This document shows positions 1-8,578 of a stretch of DNA of 32,000 nucleotides, piece after piece (within the stretch, counting starts at the first letter, position 1; every line of letters starts with the position of its first letter). The stretch is from Tannockella kyphosi (GTDB lineage Bacteria; Bacillota_I; Bacilli_A; Erysipelotrichales; Coprobacillaceae), in assembly GCF_021054785.1 (NCBI RefSeq), contig NZ_CP088239.1, positions 1,260,001 through 1,292,000 of the forward strand, in the 5' to 3' direction. Below the pieces are notes generated by a model. It saw only the letters and a program-made list of their open reading frames with translations. It was not told where the DNA came from and ran no database searches. The position numbers and the translations under genes are program-made.

Positions 1-152
1 TATTTTAATATCTTTTTCAGGACGGTAATAATGATTATTTTTTTAATAGCATTAACTTTATAGCCTTCAAAACAGTTAATAAAGATGCCCTTGCTACAAA
101 TAACTCTCCACAAATCAAATTCCTCCCTTCTAATGAAAACGACAATTATACC

Positions 153-431
153 ATGGCAGTTATGCAAATCAACGCAGAATTCTCCAGAATAAAAGAAGAT
201 GAATTAAAAAAATCATCTTCCACAAAAATTACCAAAGAAATTACCAAAGAAATTACCAAAGAAATTAAAAAACACATGAAAAATAACCCTGAAATCACTG
301 CGAAGGAATTAGCCATTCTTTGTGAAACTAATCAAGATACAATTCAGTATCGCATAAAAATTATGCGTACGAATAAGGAAATTAAGAGAGTCGGTTCCAC
401 TAAATCCGGATATTGGGTAGTGTTAAAATAA
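153..431 (+). CDS. small winged-helix/HTH-like protein, possibly the C-terminal remnant of a longer gene
   Basis: The ORF track gives 92 aa. The C-terminal ITAKELAILCETNQDTIQYRIKIMRTNKEIKRVGSTKSGYWVVLK looks like a wHTH module. There is no Shine-Dalgarno before the ATG at 153. The same frame stays open back to nt 9 without an ATG, so this may be a truncated fragment. Confidence 0.35.
   Translation: MAVMQINAEFSRIKEDELKKSSSTKITKEITKEITKEIKKHMKNNPEITAKELAILCETNQDTIQYRIKIMRTNKEIKRVGSTKSGYWVVLK
231..266 (+). repeat. 12-bp in-frame tandem repeat accaaagaaatt x3 (encodes TKEI repeats)
   Basis: Three contiguous identical 12-mers are read directly from the sequence, with a partial copy just upstream. 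Confidence 0.85.
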
Positions 432-630
432 CAATGTTTCAACTATACATCAAAGATATCCACTGATACGATATTATGCACTACATATCCGTTTCCAATA
501 GTACTTCGAAAAATAAATTATTATAAATACTTAAAACAATAAAATATAAATCCACAGATACTTATTGTACAATTATTTGTTGCTTACAAATTTGCTAGAA
601 ACCAAAGGGAACTTTAAAACTTCGGATTAA

Positions 631-671
631 AAAAGCCTATAACTCCTTTCAATAAAGGGTTTTAGGCTTTT
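631..671. terminator. long hairpin with flanking A/T runs, a candidate bidirectional terminator
   Basis: AAAAGCCTATAAC...GTTTTAGGCTTTT arms with an inner CCTTT/AAAGG pairing. It is followed by TTTATTT on the plus strand and preceded by AAAAA. Confidence 0.55.
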
Positions 672-870
672 TATTTACTATTGTTATTCGAATTTGGAAA
701 AAGAGACTTGTTTCTTAACGATTTTTGTTTAAGTTTCTTATCCTGTATAATTCCTATTATCTTTATTCTATATGATATTCTGAGTTACTGATGTAATGTT
801 GCCATATTGTTGCCAAAAACATCTGATTAGTAGCCTTTAAACCTTTCTCGAATGTCAGATGCGCTATAGG

Positions 871-1410
871 CTATTTCCATTCATGCATTTTTGTTTCTAA
901 TAATTCAAAATCACAATAAGCAAACAATTTATTTCCTGTTTTCTTTTGATAGCGAATTATACTCTTAGTTTTATTTATAATTGTTTCTTTTTTTCTTAGA
1001 CAAAATTCATATTCTTTCGCAAGTAAATCTCGATCTTTATGTTTTCTTATATCAATTTCAAAAAAGCTCCCATCAGGAACTGGAATCGATTTTCTAAAAT
1101 CAATAACTGATATTAATTTTTTAATTTGATTATTAGGTGATTTTATGTAGATATCTTTTTCATGCAATTCATCACAACTGATGGTTTCAAAAACAATCAT
1201 ATAATCTTTACCTGTGTTTTTTAGCTTTAAATGTTTAGGTTTTGCTGAAGTTAATGGAATAAAATAATTTAATCCATTATCATATACAATTATTCCAACG
1301 TATGGTTTATTTTCATAGTCGTGTCTTCTCTTATTTAGATAAACTTCACTATCAAATGAATTAAGATACTTAATATATTTTATATCAATCGTATTAATTT
1401 CATATTTCCT
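871..1410 (-). CDS. ToxN/AbiQ-family endoribonuclease toxin homolog (type III TA / abortive infection); start codon unclear, possibly inactivated
   Basis: The ORF track reports only 871..1200, but the frame stays open upstream to 1434. The extended translation is (R)KYEINTIDIKYIKYLNSFDSEVYLNKRRHDYENKPYVGIIVYDNGLNYFIPLTSAKPKHLKLKNTGKDY-MIVFE...CDFELLETKMHEWK. From memory of ToxN (Pectobacterium) and AbiQ (Lactococcus), this matches the hallmarks: N-terminal KYIxYLxxFD, PY(V/I)GI, (A/I)PL(T/S)SxKxKH, and C-terminal CxFxLLE. The length of about 179 aa fits the family. The codon where Met is expected is AGG (1408..1410), and no in-frame ATG/GTG/TTG lies upstream of 1200. Confidence 0.7.
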   Translation of the reverse strand, partial: RKYEINTIDIKYIKYLNSFDSEVYLNKRRHDYENKPYVGIIVYDNGLNYFIPLTSAKPKHLKLKNTGKDYMIVFETISCDELHEKDIYIKSPNNQIKKLISVIDFRKSIPVPDGSFFEIDIRKHKDRDLLAKEYEFCLRKKETIINKTKSIIRYQKKTGNKLFAYCDFELLETKMHEWK

Positions 1411-1504
1411 GCCACATAAAATAAAAGGAAGGAACTACGTCCTCCACACTTTAACGCCCTACACTTATGGCGGTAGGAGCCGTACTGTTGGTATTTCTAC
1501 CTTC
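1411..1504 (-). ncRNA. structured untranslated leader upstream of the ToxN-like gene, a candidate non-canonical antitoxin or attenuator RNA
   Basis: This stretch is locally GC-enriched within an AT-rich background. It contains the hairpin GGTAGAAATACC, the CCTAC...GTAGG and CGCC...GGCG pairings, and a 6-bp hairpin GGAGGA-CGTAGT-TCCTTC followed by TTTTATTTT (1418..1445). No tandem repeats are visible. Confidence 0.3.
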
Positions 1505-1510
1505 AAATAC

Positions 1511-1538
1511 ATTATATATTTGTTCATGTATAAGTCAA
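1511..1538 (-). promoter_or_regulatory. sigma-A type promoter, TTGACT-16 nt-TATAAT
   Basis: Minus-strand reading is TTGACT TATACATGAACAAATA TATAAT, about 100 nt upstream of the ToxN-like coding region. Confidence 0.55.
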
Positions 1539-1627
1539 TAGAATTAGATCCTATATGACATTATTTATTAGATGCAATATATTATTTTAATATGCAAAAA
1601 CATTTATTTTTTTATGCTTTAATATAT

Positions 1628-1670
1628 AAAAAGAGCCTAATCCCCTTTAAATATAGAGTTTTAGGCTTTG
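1628..1670 (-). terminator. intrinsic terminator downstream of guaA
   Basis: On the minus strand, AAAGCCTAAAAC...GATTAGGCTCTTTTTAT lies directly after the guaA stop codon at 1675..1677. Confidence 0.7.
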
Positions 1671-1674
1671 TTTT

Positions 1675-3219
1675 TTATTCAAATTCAATCGTACCTGGAG
1701 GTTTACTAGTAAGATCATACATTACTCTATTTACACCACGTACTTCATTAATAATTCTAGACATTACTTTATTTAAGATTTCATAAGGGATTTCTGCAGA
1801 TTCTGCAGTCATGAAATCAATAGTATTTACAGCACGTAAAGCTACTGCATAATCATATGTTCTCTCATCACCCATAACTCCTACTGAACGCATGTTTGTA
1901 AGAGCTGCAAAATATTGACCAATACTTCTATCAATACCTGCTTTAGCAATTTCTTCTCTATAAATGAAGTCTGCTTCTTGAACCATTTTTACTTTTTCTT
2001 CTGTTACTTCACCGATAATACGGATACCAAGTCCAGGGCCTGGGAAAGGTTGTCTAAATACTAAGTATTCAGGGATATCTAATTCTAAACCAACTTTACG
2101 TACCTCATCTTTAAAAAGATCACGTAATGGTTCAATGATTTCTTTAAAATCTACACAATCAGGTAATCCACCTACATTATGATGTGATTTAATTACTGCC
2201 GATTCACCACCTAAACCACTTTCTACAACATCTGGATAAATAGTTCCTTGTACTAAGAAATCTACAGCACCAATCTTTTGGGCTTCTTCTTCAAATACAC
2301 GAATAAACTCTTCACCAATAATTTTACGTTTTTCTTCTGGTTCAGTAACACCTTTTAATTTATCATAATATCTTTGTTGCACATTTACACGAATGAAATT
2401 TAAATCATAACTTCCTTCAGGACCAAAAATAGCTTCTACTTCATCCCCTTCATCTTTACGTAATAAACCATGATCAACAAATACACATGTTAATTGATTT
2501 CCAATAGCTTTCGATAGTAATACTGCTGCTACTGATGAATCTACTCCACCAGAAAGAGCACACAATACTTTTCCATCTCCTACTTTTTCTTTAATTAAAG
2601 AAATTTGTTCCTCTACAAAAGAATCCATTCTCCAATCCGCTACACATCCACATACATCAATAACAAAGTTTGTTAAAATCTTTGTACCTTCAACTGTATG
2701 TAATACTTCAGGATGGAATTGAATTGCATATAAGTTTTGTTCTACATTTTCACATGCTGCACTAGGACAATCTGCTGTATGGCCAGAAATACTAAATCCT
2801 GGAGCTACTGTTGAAATATAATCAAAATGAGACATCCAACAAATAGATGATGTTGGTACATTATGGAATAAAGGAGAAGTTTGTTTTACAAACACTTCAG
2901 TTTTCCCATATTCTCTAACATCAGCACGTTCTACTTTACCACCTAAAACATGTTGCATTAATTGAGCTCCATAACATAAACCTAATACTGGAATACCTAA
3001 TTCAAATAATTCCTTTGAATAAGTAGGTGCTTTTGCTTCATAACAACTATTTGGACCACCTGTTAAGATAATTCCTTTAGGATGCATTGCTTTAATTTTT
3101 TCTAAGCTAACTTTATAAGAATAGATTTCACAATATACATTGCATTCTCTTACACGTCTAGCTACTAATTGGTTGTATTGACCACCAAAGTCAATAACAA
3201 TAACTAATTCTTTTTTCAT
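1675..3219 (-). CDS. guaA: GMP synthase (glutamine-hydrolysing)
   Basis: 514 aa with an N-terminal class-I amidotransferase ([27 protein letters not shown]). It has the ATP pyrophosphatase SGGVDSSV P-loop and the conserved C-terminal KPPGTIEFE. Confidence 0.97.
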   Translation of the reverse strand: MKKELVIVIDFGGQYNQLVARRVRECNVYCEIYSYKVSLEKIKAMHPKGIILTGGPNSCYEAKAPTYSKELFELGIPVLGLCYGAQLMQHVLGGKVERADVREYGKTEVFVKQTSPLFHNVPTSSICWMSHFDYISTVAPGFSISGHTADCPSAACENVEQNLYAIQFHPEVLHTVEGTKILTNFVIDVCGCVADWRMDSFVEEQISLIKEKVGDGKVLCALSGGVDSSVAAVLLSKAIGNQLTCVFVDHGLLRKDEGDEVEAIFGPEGSYDLNFIRVNVQQRYYDKLKGVTEPEEKRKIIGEEFIRVFEEEAQKIGAVDFLVQGTIYPDVVESGLGGESAVIKSHHNVGGLPDCVDFKEIIEPLRDLFKDEVRKVGLELDIPEYLVFRQPFPGPGLGIRIIGEVTEEKVKMVQEADFIYREEIAKAGIDRSIGQYFAALTNMRSVGVMGDERTYDYAVALRAVNTIDFMTAESAEIPYEILNKVMSRIINEVRGVNRVMYDLTSKPPGTIEFE

Positions 3220-3235
3220 CTATTTCTCCTTATTA

Positions 3236-4504
3236 TTAGAATACTTCTTTTAATACGATAGTTTGTGTTCTATCAGGACCAACGCTAAACATAACAATTG
3301 GACATTTAATTAATTCTTCAATACGATGTAAGTATTTTTTACAATTTTCAGGTAATTCAGCAAAAGAAGTTACTGTTGTAATATCTTCACTCCATCCTGG
3401 CATTGTTTCTAATACTGGTTGTACACGATCTAATTCACTAATTGTAGAAGGAAGAGCATGAATTACTTTTCCATCTAATGTATAAGCAGTACAAATAGAT
3501 AACTCTTCTACTCCTGTTAATACATCTAATAACATTAAACTAATTCCTGTTAAACCAGACATTCTTCTTGATTGATTCACTACTACTGCATCAAACCATC
3601 CAATACGTCTAGGACGTTTTGTAACTGTACCATATTCTCTACCTACTTCACGAATCGTATTCGCAATTTCCCCTTCAATTTCAGTTGGGAAAGCACCACT
3701 ACCTACACGTGTTGTATAAGCTTTAACAATACCAATTGCTTCATCAATCATAACTGGACCTACACCAGCTCCTTCACAAACTCCATTTGCTCCTGGATGA
3801 GAACTAGTAACATATGGATATGTTCCATAATCAATATCTAACATAGTCCCTTGAGCTCCTTCAAATAAGATATTTTTCTTATTTTCAAAAGCTTCATCTA
3901 ATACTAATGCAGTATCACAAACCATTGGTTTTATTATTTTTGCATATTCTTTATATTCTTCAAAGATTCCTTCAACTGAAAAATCTAATTCAGGATATTC
4001 TCTTTTCTTTAAAGGCAATACTTCTGCTAGTCTTTCTTTAAACAATTCTTCATTCACAAACTCACCCATACGAATTCCAATACGAGCATATTTATCAACA
4101 TAAGTAGGACCAATTCCTTTTTTCGTAGTTCCAATATTTTTATCTCCACGATATTTTTCTTGAAGTGCATCAATTTCTAAATGATAAGGTAAAATAACAT
4201 GAGCACGATCACTAATTAAAATCTTGCTTGTATTAATATTAGCGTCATTTAAATATTTAATTTCTTCTAATAAAGCTTTAGGATTAATAACCATTCCATT
4301 TCCAAGTACTACTGGATTTCCACTAAAGATTCCTGATGGTACTAAACGTAATGCATACTTTTGATTATTAAATTCAATCGTATGACCTGCATTATTTCCA
4401 CCTTGATAACGTACTACTACATCTGCTTTGCTTGAAAGATAATCAGTAATTTTCCCTTTACCTTCATCTCCCCATTGACTTCCTACTACTACTACACCTG
4501 GCAT
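3236..4504 (-). CDS. purA: adenylosuccinate synthetase
   Basis: 422 aa with the N-terminal VVVGSQWGDEGKGKITD P-loop and GTTKKGIGPTY, both typical PurA signatures. Confidence 0.97.
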   Translation of the reverse strand: MPGVVVVGSQWGDEGKGKITDYLSSKADVVVRYQGGNNAGHTIEFNNQKYALRLVPSGIFSGNPVVLGNGMVINPKALLEEIKYLNDANINTSKILISDRAHVILPYHLEIDALQEKYRGDKNIGTTKKGIGPTYVDKYARIGIRMGEFVNEELFKERLAEVLPLKKREYPELDFSVEGIFEEYKEYAKIIKPMVCDTALVLDEAFENKKNILFEGAQGTMLDIDYGTYPYVTSSHPGANGVCEGAGVGPVMIDEAIGIVKAYTTRVGSGAFPTEIEGEIANTIREVGREYGTVTKRPRRIGWFDAVVVNQSRRMSGLTGISLMLLDVLTGVEELSICTAYTLDGKVIHALPSTISELDRVQPVLETMPGWSEDITTVTSFAELPENCKKYLHRIEELIKCPIVMFSVGPDRTQTIVLKEVF

Positions 4505-4611
4505 ATTTACTTCCTCCGTTTATTATTTGACTAATTTACCTATACATTATAATATAAGTGATGACATAAGTAAAATTAATATTTATAAAAAGTGATATAA
4601 GGAGAACTAAT

Positions 4612-5478
4612 ATGGCAATAAAATTAGAACAATATAAAATATTTAATGAAGCTGCAGCTACTTTATCTTTTTCTATTGCAGCTAAAAACTTATTTATATC
4701 ACAAAGTGCTGTTTCTCAAACTATACTTAACTTAGAAAAAGAATTAGATACCCAACTATTTATTCGTCAATCAAATGGAGTAACGCTTACAAATGAAGGA
4801 AAGCTATTACAAAAACAAATAGAAAATGCAATGCACATTATTACCAATGTAGAAAACCAACTCGCAAACATTAAAACACTAACTGGTGGAGAATTAAGAA
4901 TAGGTGCTGGTGATACCTTATCTAAGTATTATGTTTTAAAACATCTTACTTTATTTCATGAATTATATCCTGCTGTTACAATCAAAGTATTGAATCGTAC
5001 TAGTAGTGAAACGATTGCTTTATTGAAATCGGGTCAAATAGATTTAGCTTTTGTGAATCTTCCGATTCAAGAAGAAGGTGTTCATATTGAACCATGTTTT
5101 AAAGTTCATGATATCTTTGTTTCAAACAAACTTATAAATACTCCTATGAGCTTAAAACAACTAAGTAAAGAATCACTAATTATGTTAGAAACATCTTCTA
5201 GTTCAAGAAGATATATTGATACAATCACTTCCAAACAAGGAATCCTATTATCCCCAAGTATTGAATTAGGTTCCCATGATCTTTTATTAGACTTTACACA
5301 TGCTGGTTTAGGGATTGCTTGTGTTATAGAAGAATTCTCTAAAGAAGCTATTCAAAATAAACTAGTTTATCCTATTCCTTTAGAAAAACCAATAGCTTCT
5401 CGTTCAATCGGATATGCCTTTTTACAAAGAAGAACCTTACCTCCAGCTTGTCTAAAATTTATTGAATTACTATCTTAA
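4612..5478 (+). CDS. LysR-family transcriptional regulator
   Basis: 288 aa with an N-terminal HTH (FNEAAATLSFSIAAKNLFISQSAVSQTILNLEKEL) and a LysR substrate-binding-type C-terminus. It is divergent from purA-guaA. Confidence 0.9.
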   Translation: MAIKLEQYKIFNEAAATLSFSIAAKNLFISQSAVSQTILNLEKELDTQLFIRQSNGVTLTNEGKLLQKQIENAMHIITNVENQLANIKTLTGGELRIGAGDTLSKYYVLKHLTLFHELYPAVTIKVLNRTSSETIALLKSGQIDLAFVNLPIQEEGVHIEPCFKVHDIFVSNKLINTPMSLKQLSKESLIMLETSSSSRRYIDTITSKQGILLSPSIELGSHDLLLDFTHAGLGIACVIEEFSKEAIQNKLVYPIPLEKPIASRSIGYAFLQRRTLPPACLKFIELLS

Positions 5479-5509
5479 AAAACATCAATTCATTGAATTG
5501 ATGTTTTCA

Positions 5510-6202
5510 TTATCTATTTGTTATAAAGTCGTCAATATAATCAACTGCTATATTTTGTTGTTTGTCACTACTAATAGTTGCTTCCTTGTCACCATCTTGG
5601 AAACCATAGTTACCAAATTGGGCATGATTGCCACCTTCAATAATATAGATATTTTCAGTATAATCTATCTTATCTTCTAAATTATCGTTCAAACTACCAT
5701 AAATAGTAATAGTATTTTCAATAGGATAATCCCCATACACATAAGCACCTAACATAATCGCTCCATCAATTAAATCTTGATGATCTGCAGCATAACTAGA
5801 AGCTATACTACCACCCATTGAATGTCCTGCAATATACCAACTATCTATATCCAAATCTAATTCAAAGACATCATCTGCCGCGTCTACATCAAAGATTGCC
5901 ATATGAAAAGGCATATCTACTAAAACACAAGTATAACCTTTATTTACCAATTTTTCTAAAATTGGTAAATAAGCAATTGCTTCTACTTTGGCTCCTGGAT
6001 AAAAGATAATACCCGTATCACCACCATCTTCTGCATATAGAATAGTTAAATTATCAATTACTTCATATTCTACATTTTCATATACTTCATACACACTACT
6101 ATCGGCTACATAATACTCTGTTAAATAATGATAACTATACATTCCCAAACCAACACATACTACAAAAAGAGCTAGTATTATTTTTTTGAAGTGTTTTTTC
6201 AT
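5510..6202 (-). CDS. membrane-anchored alpha/beta hydrolase
   Basis: 230 aa with an N-terminal hydrophobic anchor and the nucleophile elbow GHSMGG. Confidence 0.75.
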   Translation of the reverse strand: MKKHFKKIILALFVVCVGLGMYSYHYLTEYYVADSSVYEVYENVEYEVIDNLTILYAEDGGDTGIIFYPGAKVEAIAYLPILEKLVNKGYTCVLVDMPFHMAIFDVDAADDVFELDLDIDSWYIAGHSMGGSIASSYAADHQDLIDGAIMLGAYVYGDYPIENTITIYGSLNDNLEDKIDYTENIYIIEGGNHAQFGNYGFQDGDKEATISSDKQQNIAVDYIDDFITNR

Positions 6203-6630
6203 TAGAACATCCCTACTAGTAATGCTACACTAAACATAATAATCATTCCTGTAATCATCCCAAATAATACTTTAGAATAACCTTTTGGTGTAATTTGACC
6301 ACGTTCATCTAATTCTTTAATAATAGGATGTAATCTCCAATAATAAGCCATAATAGATAAAATCATTACTATCATTGTCATTTGTTTCATTAATTCTGTT
6401 CCTATCAATAGAATCATTAATAATAAAACAATAAAAATTAATTTTACATTTGCTACCCAATTTGTCATATAAGAAACAAACAAATGATGATCATGATTTT
6501 CCTTTGACTCATGGAAATAATTAAATACTGCTACACCATTCCCATACCTAGATTCAGGCCAAAAATACAAAATACAAACATTCCCTGTTTCCATTAAAAT
6601 AAATAAAATAATTGCAATATTATAAATCAT
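6202..6630 (-). CDS. small integral membrane protein, function unknown
   Basis: 142 aa with about four hydrophobic segments. It is translationally coupled on both sides (ATGA and TAATG overlaps). Confidence 0.6.
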   Translation of the reverse strand: MIYNIAIILFILMETGNVCILYFWPESRYGNGVAVFNYFHESKENHDHHLFVSYMTNWVANVKLIFIVLLLMILLIGTELMKQMTMIVMILSIMAYYWRLHPIIKELDERGQITPKGYSKVLFGMITGMIIMFSVALLVGMF

Positions 6631-7970
6631 TTCTCTTCCTCCTCTAAGACCTTTTTATAAGGTGCTAATATATAACTACTTAGTTGTCCCTTCATTTTCT
6701 TTTGTACTGCAGGTATTTGTAATAAATTACCTAAAAATATCATTTTATATAACTGCAACTTATTTTGTTGTGGAAAATCATAAATCCCATTTTCTTTATA
6801 AAACTTATGATCTGCTTGCATAAATCCTTGCATTACATATACTAAATCTCTAAATATTTTTGTACCCCCAACACCATAAAACATGGTTGGTCGTTCAATT
6901 GGTTTTTCTAATACATAATCTAATGTTTGACAAACATTTAGAATCGACTGACTAGGATGATGTTGATCACTAACAATCCCACATAAATATAATCCACCCA
7001 CTTCACTTCTTGCTTGAATTACTGTTTGTAAATTCTTTTCACTATCTAAATCACCACTAACAATATACGTAACCGATTTTCCTTTATGGACACTTCTGTG
7101 TCCATTACAGAATTGGCGATCATCAAACAATTTCATATAAGAATTTGCAAAATGATTCTTAATAGTAAAAGCATATACAATCGCATCACAATGGCCTATT
7201 TCTTCTTGAATAAATGCATCAAATTTATCCTTATAAACACATTTAGCACTAATAGCACATTGCAAACAACCTAAACATCCTCCATCAATACGTAAATCTT
7301 TTAAATAAACAACACGAATATTTGCTTTTGAAGTAGCTACAAAATCATCCATCATTGCCTTTAAAGAATCATCACCTTCTTGATAATCACTAATCATGAC
7401 CACATTCTTAGCAATTGTCTTTTCCTTTGCTTCTAATATACTACGATAAGCAGGAACTTCTTGTTTTAGAACTGGTTTTAATGTATAGATATTGTGTTCT
7501 ATATCAAATAACATTTTATCAAAATAATCCTTAGCTTGTACTTGCCCTTGTTTTGTTACTAAATCATCCATATCCCCACTAAATCCTGGAATATATTTTC
7601 CCATAAAATCATAACAATTTTCTTCAATATAAGCATGAGCAGTAGAATCATAAAAATGTTTCGAAGTAGTGATTTGACTAACAAATGCATTTTCTAAAGA
7701 CACTTTGTTTTCTTTCATTAATTCAATAAAACGATGTAACTGAGCTGGTGCTAGAAAAGTGTATACTGGATATACAAATAATAATAAATCAGCACTTTCT
7801 AATGTGTCTTTTATTGTATCGAACTTTTTTTCATAGAACTTAATTTTTTGAGCAACATCTAATACTTGAAAATCATGAGTAGGATGTAGTTTTTGAAAAT
7901 AAAGTGCTGTTTGTAACGAAATACTATTTTGTCCTTTGGGACTACCATTTAAAATAACTACCTTCATTTT
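6627..7970 (-). CDS. flavodoxin-like fold NAD(P)H-dependent oxidoreductase (double domain, Cys-rich motif)
   Basis: MKVVILNGSPKGQNS is a typical FMN-reductase/flavodoxin-like N-terminus, and a second similar half carries GGCLGCLQCAISAKC. The start is moved to the internal ATG at 7970 (MKVV...), because the longer ORF overlaps padR by 43 nt. Confidence 0.7.
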   Translation of the reverse strand, partial: KMKVVILNGSPKGQNSISLQTALYFQKLHPTHDFQVLDVAQKIKFYEKKFDTIKDTLESADLLLFVYPVYTFLAPAQLHRFIELMKENKVSLENAFVSQITTSKHFYDSTAHAYIEENCYDFMGKYIPGFSGDMDDLVTKQGQVQAKDYFDKMLFDIEHNIYTLKPVLKQEVPAYRSILEAKEKTIAKNVVMISDYQEGDDSLKAMMDDFVATSKANIRVVYLKDLRIDGGCLGCLQCAISAKCVYKDKFDAFIQEEIGHCDAIVYAFTIKNHFANSYMKLFDDRQFCNGHRSVHKGKSVTYIVSGDLDSEKNLQTVIQARSEVGGLYLCGIVSDQHHPSQSILNVCQTLDYVLEKPIERPTMFYGVGGTKIFRDLVYVMQGFMQADHKFYKENGIYDFPQQNKLQLYKMIFLGNLLQIPAVQKKMKGQLSSYILAPYKKVLEEEEK

Positions 7971-8494
7971 TGTTTCTCTACTTTCTCTTTTAATTTTTGA
8001 TACCAATCTTGTTGAAACTTCGCACTATCAATTCCATAATCTAGTGTATAGCCTTGGAATAAAGTAATATCATTTTGTTCTAAATCCATTGATTCAAATT
8101 CTTTTTTAATAATTGTTAATGTTTGAATGGCTATTTCTAATTGCATTATGATGATTTCTATATTTTTAATTTGTTCTTCCTTACTAGCAAATCCTAAGAA
8201 GAATAATTTTGATAATTCCATATTTTTTACTTTTTCTACTCGCATTGGATTTTCTAACCAATTCATAAACTCATCTTTACCAGTTTCACTAATAGAAAAA
8301 ATCTTCTTATTCTTACCATTTTTAACACTTTCTTGAAAAGTAATAAGACCTAATTTATTTAATTTCTTTAATGAAGTTTGCATACTACCAGCACTACTAG
8401 AACAGATCATGGGTAGTTTTTGTTTTATAAAACAACCTATTTCATAACCTGTCATTGGACTTAACATTAATAACCCTAATATTACACTATCCAT
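7964..8494 (-). CDS. PadR-family transcriptional regulator
   Basis: 176 aa. The N-terminal ILGLLMLSPMTGYEIGCFIKQKL... wHTH is typical of PadR, followed by a C-terminal coiled extension. Confidence 0.85.
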   Translation of the reverse strand: MDSVILGLLMLSPMTGYEIGCFIKQKLPMICSSSAGSMQTSLKKLNKLGLITFQESVKNGKNKKIFSISETGKDEFMNWLENPMRVEKVKNMELSKLFFLGFASKEEQIKNIEIIIMQLEIAIQTLTIIKKEFESMDLEQNDITLFQGYTLDYGIDSAKFQQDWYQKLKEKVEKQK

Positions 8495-8512
8495 TTCCTC
8501 ACCCCTCTATTC

Positions 8513-8537
8513 AATATATGTCTATTAGACATATATT
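8513..8537. promoter_or_regulatory. perfect 12-1-12 palindrome, candidate PadR operator
   Basis: AATATATGTCTA T TAGACATATATT lies 19 nt upstream of the padR start codon and overlaps the likely promoter. Confidence 0.6.
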
Positions 8538-8551
8538 AGCACAAGCAATAT

Positions 8552-8578
8552 AAAAAAGATAGTCTCCTATCTTTTGTT
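8552..8578 (-). terminator. intrinsic terminator overlapping the cinA-like stop codon
   Basis: The minus strand reads AAAGATAGGAGACTATCTTTTTTA. Confidence 0.65.

Noticed and set aside
1441-1500. GC-enriched patch considered as a tRNA, a tmRNA/SRP fragment, or a known riboswitch class (c-di-GMP, ZTP, preQ1, guanidine).
   Set aside because: I could not fit a cloverleaf or any conserved core of those classes by eye. It is left as an unclassified structured leader.
1592-1786. 64-aa plus-strand ORF. The same applies to 5462..5680 and 11748..11933.
   Set aside because: They run across terminator or intergenic repeat sequence into the antisense of real genes (guaA, hydrolase, acr3), so they are spurious.
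3572-3841. 89-aa plus-strand ORF inside purA. The same reasoning applies to 5818..6009, 7086..7274, 8127..8336, 9797..9979, 10465..10674, 17989..18177, 20244..20686, 20988..21170, 22489..22728 and 27791..27976.
   Set aside because: All lie fully within well-supported genes, either antisense or in an alternative frame on the same strand. They have skewed low-complexity composition typical of alternative-frame reading in AT-rich DNA, and no translation signals.
4505-4611. Looked for a purine/guanine riboswitch upstream of purA-guaA.
   Set aside because: The intergenic region is only 107 bp and shared with the divergent LysR gene. No conserved purine-riboswitch core is visible. The purA-guaA adjacency itself is treated as ordinary.
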